DNA from: Candidatus Omnitrophota bacterium | GTDB lineage: Bacteria > Omnitrophota > Gorgyraeia > Pluralincolimonadales > Pluralincolimonadaceae | Direction: 5' to 3' | NCBI GenBank assembly: GCA_003141835.1 | Contig: PLNR01000006.1 | Span: 14,558-78,557, forward strand | Length of the DNA stretch: 64,000 nt | In this document: positions 57,421-64,000 of the stretch, one piece after another | Layout of the letters: each line of letters starts with the position of its first letter | Position numbering within the stretch: the first letter of the stretch is position 1 | Program-made: the position numbers and the translations under genes | Notes under the pieces: generated by a model | Database searches by the model: none | The model's input: the letters and a program-made list of their open reading frames with translations, nothing else | What the model was told of the DNA's origin: nothing

Positions 57421-57975
57421 TTATTCTAATCCGCCTTTTGCCTTGCCGCCGTCCTTATCCAGCCTGCTGAAGAACTCCTCCGGCCTGAGGCTCTCGATCT
57501 CTTTCTCGAAATTCTTCACTTCCTCTCCGCTTATGGGTTTGTTGATGACAGGGCATAATTCGAGCACTTTCTCTTCGATGAATATCGGGGCGCCGGTCCT
57601 CACCGCAAGGGCGATAGCGTCGGACGGCCGGGAATCTATTTCAAGGGACTTGCCGCCCTGCTTTAAGGCAATGACCGCGTAATAGGCGTTCTCCTTGAGG
57701 TCGCTTATGACCACCTTCTCGATAGAGCCGCCCATCGCGTTGATGAGGTTTACGGCCAGGTCGTGCGTCAACGGCCTTTTGAACTTCTCGCCGTCGAGGA
57801 CCAGGACGATCGACGTCCCTTCGCTGACGCCTATCCAGATGGGTATCAACCTCGACCCGTCCACCTCCTCCAGGGTGATGACGTATTGCGCTAAAGGAGG
57901 AATGAATATCAATGAATATATCCTGGCGAGTTTCATTGCGTGCTCCTGCTTCAATATTAGACCATGCCTATGCAA
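57421..57975 (-). CDS. Bifunctional nuclease (BFN/DUF151) family protein. The start is probably at the internal MKLARIY.
   Basis: RLIPIWIGVSEG...RPLTHDLAVNLI...YYAVIAL...IDSRPSDAIALAVRTGAPIF. Confidence 0.7.
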   Translation of the reverse strand: MHRHGLILKQEHAMKLARIYSLIFIPPLAQYVITLEEVDGSRLIPIWIGVSEGTSIVLVLDGEKFKRPLTHDLAVNLINAMGGSIEKVVISDLKENAYYAVIALKQGGKSLEIDSRPSDAIALAVRTGAPIFIEEKVLELCPVINKPISGEEVKNFEKEIESLRPEEFFSRLDKDGGKAKGGLE

Positions 57976-57992
57976 AAGTCAACACGGGCCGC

Positions 57993-59354
57993 TCAGATAT
58001 CCCTGTCGCGGTCGATCTCCATCGGCTTGACCTTTATTACGCTGAAGAAGAGGTCTATGCTCTTCACGTGCTGGACGTGCCTTACCTCTTTTATCATTGG
58101 AAGGATGACAGCGGAAAACACCGCACGAAGGACCCCGGAAAGCAAAAATAAGGTCATCAGCCTATAGCCGGAAATGGGCGGCAGGTTCACCGCCAGGAAG
58201 CCTCCCAGCAGGGCTCCGCAGCAGATCGCCGTGCCGTTTATGACGTTAAGGTACGAGACGCAACGCGTCCTCTTCTCCGGCATCACGGCATCATATACGA
58301 AATTGAATACCGAGAGGTTGTAGCCGGCCCAGACATATCCGGCGAAGAGCTGAATGATTATAAGATAGGTGATGTTTTGAGAGAAGAGCCACAGTACCGG
58401 TATCACCGGTATGAAGAACGACGTGAGCCTTATTACTTTTATGTTGCCGACTGCGTCGGCATGCCTGCCCCAGATGCCCATGGTAGAAAGCGTGGCGATG
58501 GTGGATGCCAGCACTATGACCGTATAAGTCACGTAACTCAAATTAAGGTCCCTGAGCATATATACGGCGAAGAACGGCGCCGAGATATTCTGGGCGAAAC
58601 TTATGCTTGCGACGTATATGACGAACTTCACGAAATTCGACTGTTTCGTCCTTTTTACGAAATCCCAGAACGTGAAATAATGCTCCTTGGTGACCTTTAT
58701 CGGGGGCTCATACATCTTGCTCAGGAAATACCACGATATGAACCGCGATACGAAAGCGAGCCCGAGTATGATCATGAAACCGTAAAGCTTATCCTTGCCG
58801 AAGAAGTTAAGGATGAAGCCCGCCAGGAACGCGCACGCGACGGTGATCAACCCCATCAGCCTGTTCCTCCAGCCGAAATATTTTCCCCTGCTGCGCGCCG
58901 GTATGTGATCGGACATCAGGCTCGTCCATGCCGGCCCGGGGAAAGCGTTGAACGACGCCGCCAGAGTGATGAATAGGATGAGCCACAGGGCCCTGTTCGT
59001 CTTGAACAGTAAGGGTATGAGGCATATCGGAAGGTATATGAGGGCGTGGAAGAAAACGAATATCGTTATTATCCTCATCCGGCTCTTGAGGTGCTCGGTG
59101 ACATCGGCAGATTTCAGCTGTATCAGGGAAGCGATGAGGCTGGGGAAAGCGGTGAGCATGCCTATCTGCTCGGTCGACGCCTTCAGCGCGACCGCGAACG
59201 GGGTAATATACTGGTCGGCGAAACCTACCATCGCCGCGCAGAACGAGCCGTCTATGAAGGAATTCCTGAGGCTTTGCCTTATCTTCCCTCTTTTTTCCAT
59301 AGCGGCGATATTATAACAATATTTGACATGCAAGTATAGCGCTGTTAAAATCAT
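57993..59354 (-). CDS. MFS-family transporter
   Basis: Twelve predicted TM helices in two 6-TM halves with a central loop. Confidence 0.65.
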   Translation of the reverse strand: MILTALYLHVKYCYNIAAMEKRGKIRQSLRNSFIDGSFCAAMVGFADQYITPFAVALKASTEQIGMLTAFPSLIASLIQLKSADVTEHLKSRMRIITIFVFFHALIYLPICLIPLLFKTNRALWLILFITLAASFNAFPGPAWTSLMSDHIPARSRGKYFGWRNRLMGLITVACAFLAGFILNFFGKDKLYGFMIILGLAFVSRFISWYFLSKMYEPPIKVTKEHYFTFWDFVKRTKQSNFVKFVIYVASISFAQNISAPFFAVYMLRDLNLSYVTYTVIVLASTIATLSTMGIWGRHADAVGNIKVIRLTSFFIPVIPVLWLFSQNITYLIIIQLFAGYVWAGYNLSVFNFVYDAVMPEKRTRCVSYLNVINGTAICCGALLGGFLAVNLPPISGYRLMTLFLLSGVLRAVFSAVILPMIKEVRHVQHVKSIDLFFSVIKVKPMEIDRDRDI

Positions 59355-59357
59355 CCT

Positions 59358-60524
59358 ATGCCTATCCCGTCACTGAAGATAACAAGAAAAGGCGCGACGT
59401 GGTTCCGCACCGGCCACCCGTGGATATATAAGGACGACCTCGAAAAAAGCGACCCTTCCTTCTCCGGCTCGATAGTCTCCCTGCTGGATAACAGCGGCAA
59501 TTTCCTCGCCAAGGCTTTTTATAATGACAGGTCGAAGATCGCCCTGAGGATCATCTCTTACGAGGATGTGCCGGTCGATGCAGGGTTCTGGCGCGGCCGC
59601 CTTGCCGCATGCATCGAGTACAGGAAAAAAACCGTGAAGGTCTCGGACGCATACCGCATCGCGCATTCCGAGGCCGACGGCCTGCCGTCCCTCATCGTAG
59701 ACAGGTACGGAGACCACCTCTCCATACAGACGTTATGCCTCGGCATGGATAACATAAAAGATACTATCGTCGAGGCGCTGAAGGACTTGCTTAAGCCGGC
59801 ATCGGTCGTCGCCAGGAATGACTCGGCAATAAGGAAGTTCGAAGGCCTGGAAGAGAAGAAAGAGATCCTTTATGGTAAACCACCAGAAAAAACAGAGGTC
59901 CGCGAAGGTAATGTAAAATACCTTGTCGACATAATGAACGGCCAGAAGACCGGTTCGTACCTTGACCAGCGCGAGAACCACATCGCCTCGGAAAAATATG
60001 CGAGAGGGAGATCTCTTGATTGCTTCGCATACCAGGGCCTCTTCTCCCTGCATATGGCGCTCTCGGCCGATGAAGTCACTGCGGTGGATTCCTCGGGCCC
60101 GGCGCTCGAGGCTTTAAAGGAGAACGCGGCGCTCAATGGGATTACGAAGATAAAAACAGTCGAGGGTAAAGTCTCTGAGACTTTAAAATCATTCCAGAAG
60201 GAAGAAAGGCAGTTCGATCTCATTGTACTCGACCCGCCCGCGTTCGCGAAGTCAAAGAAAGACATACAGGCCGCGGCACGCGGCTATATCGACATAAATT
60301 TCAGGGCTATGAAATTATTAAAAAGAGGCGGGCACCTTATGACCTGCTCGTGTTCTTACAACCTTTCGGAAGGGCAATTCATGGAGATCCTTGAGGCGGC
60401 CTTGTCGGAATCGCGCAGGCGCGCGCGCCTCATCGAGAAACGCATCCAGCCTGCCGACCATCCCATCCTGCTCAACTTCCCCGAATCCAATTATCTTAAG
60501 TGCATAGTACTTGAGATGGTTTAA
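59358..60524 (+). CDS. rlmI: Class I SAM-dependent rRNA methyltransferase with PUA-like N-terminus (RlmI family)
   Basis: N-terminus RKGATWFRTGHPWIYKDDL. Methyltransferase motifs VLDCFAYQGLFSLHMA, FDLIVLDPPAF. Confidence 0.8.
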   Translation: MPIPSLKITRKGATWFRTGHPWIYKDDLEKSDPSFSGSIVSLLDNSGNFLAKAFYNDRSKIALRIISYEDVPVDAGFWRGRLAACIEYRKKTVKVSDAYRIAHSEADGLPSLIVDRYGDHLSIQTLCLGMDNIKDTIVEALKDLLKPASVVARNDSAIRKFEGLEEKKEILYGKPPEKTEVREGNVKYLVDIMNGQKTGSYLDQRENHIASEKYARGRSLDCFAYQGLFSLHMALSADEVTAVDSSGPALEALKENAALNGITKIKTVEGKVSETLKSFQKEERQFDLIVLDPPAFAKSKKDIQAAARGYIDINFRAMKLLKRGGHLMTCSCSYNLSEGQFMEILEAALSESRRRARLIEKRIQPADHPILLNFPESNYLKCIVLEMV

Positions 60525-60526
60525 CC

Positions 60527-62863
60527 TCAAGTATTTCGTCCTTGAAATAGTCTAGCCTCGCTCCCCGCCTTAATATGCCGGAAGAGGGACTTGAGGATAT
60601 TCTCGTACGGGTCGTCTATCTCCAGGAGTAGTTCCCAAACGGCGCGGGCGCGCTGGTATTGTTCTGGTTTTGTGGGCCGCGGAGCGCCTCCTCCGTCGTG
60701 CCATCCTTCCGGGGTATTGAACCAGTATGAGCTCGGCCCGTGTTCATAGACGATATAATAACAACCGTATGCGGCCTTAAGCGCCTCTTCCTTGAGCCCG
60801 AGGTGGTACATCGTCGCGGCCATGAAATATGTGGAGCCGGGCCATATCTCCCTGGCCATGTTTATATTTATATCGCTGCCGTCGGCGTTCTTGCTGTTCA
60901 TGGCGCCGCAGTCGCCCACGCCGTCGCCGTTAAAATCGCACAGCGGCACTACGCACATTTCATAGACCTTTTTTAAATATTTGACCATCCTCTCGCGCGG
61001 AAGTATATCGGGCAGTTCCGACGTCTCGCAGAACCGCTGGCCGTTCAACCCGTCGGCCATTATCGCCCCGGAATTCTTCCCCGCGGTGTCCATCCTGTAA
61101 TATTGGCCCGCCTCATCCCACAGCTGCTTGTCGAGGTTAGCCCTCGCTTTATCAAGGAGCCCGAGCGCTTCTTTAAGTATGGGGTCTCGCTGGACGTGCG
61201 CCAGCTTTACCATCGCCTCGAGCGCGCCGATCCAGAGCCCGCCGCACAACAGGCTGGTGCCATATAAGCCCCACGCGTCGTAGGTGTTGTCCGAGCCGTT
61301 GTTATTCGGCAGGCCGTCGCCGTCCGTGTCCTGGGATTTCATGTAATCATAGGTCATCTTCACCGCCGTCCAGCAGTAATCGAGGAACTCCCTGTCCTCG
61401 CGGACATAATAATACCTGGCGACCTGCTGGATGAACTTGGCATGCAGGTCTTTCCAGTGCAGTTTGTTCGTCCCGTAGGCGTCGAATTTGAAGAACGGGT
61501 CGCCGGTAGGCACGCCGAAGTCGTGCGGCGTCTGGTGGAGGCCGTCGTAATACATGATACCGTCGGCAAAACACCTCAATATATCCCGTTCTATCTCGGG
61601 CCAGAACTTGAGCGTCAGTATCGAGCAGTAATGCCTTACGTCGAAAGTCTCGCAGAACGGGTACCCGATCGATTCCATTACGAAGAACTTATGGTCGTCC
61701 TCGTGGAGCCCCATGTATTCCCGCTCATGCCCGGACTTAAGCCCGGATTCATAGAACGTCCCGCCGAACTGGGTATAATACAATTCGTTGAATGCCGCGG
61801 TCTTGAGCCAGGCGGGGTATTTCTTGTTCTTTATGACCGGGTTCATCCACGCGTCGACCTTCCTCTCCCATTCAGGGTAATTTGCGAGGGCCTCTTTCGC
61901 GATATTGAAGGACTGCGCGGAATCGCGCCCGAAATATTCGGTATACTTCCTCCACCACTCGGTGCCGGTGACGCGCGGGTCCCCGAATTTCACTACCGGG
62001 AAATCCCACGAAAGGACGATCGGCACTGTCTTTGACTCGCCGGGATCAAGCGCGACCTTTACCGCTATGGCCCCTGCCGAATCGGAATCGTCTAGCCGCT
62101 TGTTATCCAAAAGGCCGTCGGACTTAAAATCCCTCCAGATCTCCGAGCCGTCGCCGTCCTTGTTCCAACTGAGCGCGTAAGACAGCGTTTCGCTCTTGCC
62201 CGCCTTCGAGGCGATGCACCATTCCGAACCCTGAGTTTCAGGAGTATTGTCCGGGCCGGCGGCCTTTAAGACTGTCCCGGTGATCCCGCCGTCTTCTTTG
62301 AGGTTATTTTTATATCCCTTCCGGGGCAGGGAACCGCTGAAAGGCGGCTGCGGCCAGGTGAACATTACCGAGGCCTCGGCCTTTTCTTTTGTCGGGTTTG
62401 AAAATTTGAACTGCCACACGGCTACCGGATACGAGGTCTCTTTATAATTATTGGTGATTATCGGGGAGAAGAACTTCTGCGAGATATCGAGGGTGAAGCA
62501 GTCATACGTGACCCACCCCTTTGGCTGGAGGGCGTAATATGCGGCTTCGCCCTTCTGTAATTTGTCCCACGCCGGTTTCAGCGAGGGGTTCGTCCCGAGC
62601 GTCTTTACTTTAGCCGGCCTGTTCCCGACTTTCTCATAGACATGGAACGCGCCCTCGTAAAGCCAAGTCTGGTCATAAGCCCCGCACTTGAGCGCCCAAG
62701 GCCCGAACGCGCCGGAGATGCTGTACATGAAAGATCCGGCCCCGAACCCTCCGAGGGCCACGCCCCTGTCAGGGCACGAGCTCGCGGTATTGGAAGGCAC
62801 ATCTCCGAGGCCCCTCTTCCAGGCGCAATCGGGTATCTCGAAAAAATCCCTCTTCCCTGTCAT
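60527..62863 (-). CDS. Glycoside hydrolase family 116-like (bacterial non-lysosomal glucosylceramidase / beta-glucosidase homolog)
   Basis: Length is about 780 aa. N-terminal beta-sandwich plus C-terminal (alpha/alpha)6 catalytic domain with DUF608-like motifs. Assigned by family resemblance only. Confidence 0.55.
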   Translation of the reverse strand: MTGKRDFFEIPDCAWKRGLGDVPSNTASSCPDRGVALGGFGAGSFMYSISGAFGPWALKCGAYDQTWLYEGAFHVYEKVGNRPAKVKTLGTNPSLKPAWDKLQKGEAAYYALQPKGWVTYDCFTLDISQKFFSPIITNNYKETSYPVAVWQFKFSNPTKEKAEASVMFTWPQPPFSGSLPRKGYKNNLKEDGGITGTVLKAAGPDNTPETQGSEWCIASKAGKSETLSYALSWNKDGDGSEIWRDFKSDGLLDNKRLDDSDSAGAIAVKVALDPGESKTVPIVLSWDFPVVKFGDPRVTGTEWWRKYTEYFGRDSAQSFNIAKEALANYPEWERKVDAWMNPVIKNKKYPAWLKTAAFNELYYTQFGGTFYESGLKSGHEREYMGLHEDDHKFFVMESIGYPFCETFDVRHYCSILTLKFWPEIERDILRCFADGIMYYDGLHQTPHDFGVPTGDPFFKFDAYGTNKLHWKDLHAKFIQQVARYYYVREDREFLDYCWTAVKMTYDYMKSQDTDGDGLPNNNGSDNTYDAWGLYGTSLLCGGLWIGALEAMVKLAHVQRDPILKEALGLLDKARANLDKQLWDEAGQYYRMDTAGKNSGAIMADGLNGQRFCETSELPDILPRERMVKYLKKVYEMCVVPLCDFNGDGVGDCGAMNSKNADGSDININMAREIWPGSTYFMAATMYHLGLKEEALKAAYGCYYIVYEHGPSSYWFNTPEGWHDGGGAPRPTKPEQYQRARAVWELLLEIDDPYENILKSLFRHIKAGSEARLFQGRNT

Positions 62864-64000
62864 CTACTCCAGGCTTTCTTCCTTTATTACTTTTATCTGC
62901 ACCGGCGCTTTAAAGATGCCGCCCTGCTTTCCGTCGTCGTATACCCTAACCGCTATCACATTTCTCGACTTGAGGCTCAAGATGTCCACGGGGATCTCGT
63001 AATTCCTTTCTTTCTCCCATACCGACTGGACATGCGGCGGGAACATGCCGCTTTGGCCTACGAGATTCTTGTTGACGAAGGTCATGTCGACGTCGTCGAT
63101 GCCGCCGAACTGCAGGATTATCTTGGCGCCTTTCTCCTTCCAGGCCTCCGCCTTATTCTTGGGCACCTTGAAGCCGCACACGTACCACGCGTATCCGTCG
63201 TAGTTCGCAAATCCCTGCGTCTCCCAGGTCGCCGGCACATCCACCTCTTTCCATTCCTTTCCCGGAGAGGCCAGTCCGGCCCATTTGATATCATCGCCGG
63301 TCCTGAAATACCATTTGCCGGAGAGGTCCAGCGTATCAAGGACCTTCTTCGGCTTGGTGAAGCCGCAGAGTTTCATCGCTTTCTTGATATTCGCGTTCTG
63401 CATGAAGCATTTCCAGACCATCCCGGTCCTGTAGTTCTCTATCATGAGGACTATCGGGCCTTGGTCGATGCCGATATATTTCGACGAGACCCAGTTCCTG
63501 TCCCAGTTGAACGCGTCGACGAACCCGTATTTGCCCCAGATCTTATCCTTGTAATTTGCGTACATATATCTGGCCGCCTTTATCGAGAGGTCCGGGGTAA
63601 AGATGATCGAGGATATCGCGGCTGTCGGTGATACCGTGCCGTCGTTATCGCCGTTAGGGGCGCCGTATGCCCTGTATCCGTCCGGCCCGTCGCAGGCTGT
63701 CAGGCCCCAGCAGTCAGGGCCGTAGGACTTGCTCCGGTTCATGTTATCTATGCACCATTGCCTGTTCGCCAGCGTCGCCTGGACAGAGTTCTGGAAATAA
63801 TCCATGAAGCTATCCTCTTTACCCTTGAAATCGACATAGCAATGCGAATACTGGTGCGTGAATAACGGGGGCGGGCCCGTGAACTTGAAGCCCTTATATG
63901 CCGTGAGCCCCCTGCCGTAGGCGCTCCACGAATCAGGCGGCATCGGGTGCGTGCCGGAACCTATCCCCATAAAATACAGCACCAGGTGCTCTGAGGTATA
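62864..64000 (-). CDS. Glycoside hydrolase, C-terminal part only. A glucoamylase-like (PF10091 / GH144-like) domain is followed by a galactose-binding-like beta-sandwich. The N-terminus lies beyond the window end.
   Basis: DCWGLTACDGPDGYRAYG...WGKYGFVDAFNWDRNW...IGIDQGPIVLMIENYRTG, followed by a C-terminal WYFR...WETQGF...YDGYAWY jelly-roll. The frame is still open at 64000. Confidence 0.5.
   Translation of the reverse strand, partial: YTSEHLVLYFMGIGSGTHPMPPDSWSAYGRGLTAYKGFKFTGPPPLFTHQYSHCYVDFKGKEDSFMDYFQNSVQATLANRQWCIDNMNRSKSYGPDCWGLTACDGPDGYRAYGAPNGDNDGTVSPTAAISSIIFTPDLSIKAARYMYANYKDKIWGKYGFVDAFNWDRNWVSSKYIGIDQGPIVLMIENYRTGMVWKCFMQNANIKKAMKLCGFTKPKKVLDTLDLSGKWYFRTGDDIKWAGLASPGKEWKEVDVPATWETQGFANYDGYAWYVCGFKVPKNKAEAWKEKGAKIILQFGGIDDVDMTFVNKNLVGQSGMFPPHVQSVWEKERNYEIPVDILSLKSRNVIAVRVYDDGKQGGIFKAPVQIKVIKEESLE

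Noticed and set aside
1-64000. CRISPR arrays, rRNA genes, transposase or integrase genes
   Set aside because: There are no regularly spaced direct repeats with unique spacers. There are no rRNA-like conserved stretches. No DDE, Tyr or Ser recombinase motifs appear in any frame I inspected.

Overview
This 64-kb window is GC-rich (roughly 55-60%) bacterial chromosome. Almost every gene is on the minus strand, arranged as tight, often translationally coupled operons.

Most of the window is housekeeping:
- The mlaFED lipid-asymmetry transporter, followed by a STAS / anti-sigma-kinase partner-switching pair.
- accA, folE, mnmE, folC and purH.
- A lysine 2,3-aminomutase (kamA) followed by two tandem Ddl-like ATP-grasp ligases.
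- An 8-oxoguanine DNA glycosylase, dcd and a class II B12-dependent ribonucleotide reductase (nrdJ).
- gpmA, a UvrD-family helicase, a NUDIX hydrolase and tatAC.
- A fused-membrane spermidine-synthase-like protein and a polyprenyl synthase.
- An AmmeMemoRadiSam-type radical SAM enzyme.
- A cluster of a Re-citrate-synthase-like enzyme, malate dehydrogenase and a type-2 LeuCD dehydratase.
- The complete glycine cleavage system (gcvT-H-PA-PB) with a lipoate ligase and a ferredoxin.
- An ADP-forming acetyl-CoA synthetase, a histidine kinase / response regulator pair, a glycogen debranching enzyme, and GH116 plus a glucoamylase-like glycosidase.

The clear accessory island lies at about 29.7-37.2 kb. 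It holds a 1302-aa Sec-exported Rhs/YD-repeat polymorphic toxin with an AT-rich cognate immunity gene. Downstream are a start-codon-less orphan Rhs C-terminal toxin cassette with its own AT-rich immunity gene, and a second orphan remnant that is truncated. Each cassette junction is marked by a copy of a short repeat built on GTGACACGTCCCC / GGGACGTCCCC motifs.

This repeat family is previously unrecognised as far as can be judged from sequence alone. Two full-length, roughly 78-bp palindromic members sit in noncoding leader / 3' regions (after folE; in the nrdJ leader). Half-length members lie at the Rhs cassette boundaries and in the 5' region of the spermidine-synthase-like gene.

A separate 77-nt structured repeat occurs twice in inverted orientation, 23 kb apart.

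Other notable items:
- The nrdJ leader carries a near-consensus extended -10 promoter, a 14-codon Cys-rich mini-ORF, the 78-bp palindromic element and tandem NrdR-box-like sites.
- A structured roughly 100-nt element with a U8 tract, plus a perfect 26-bp palindrome, lies upstream of the NUDIX gene.
- A radical SAM enzyme is adjacent to a 60-codon twin-arginine-signal mini-protein that is translationally coupled to the polyprenyl synthase.

No rRNA, tRNA or CRISPR array could be supported.
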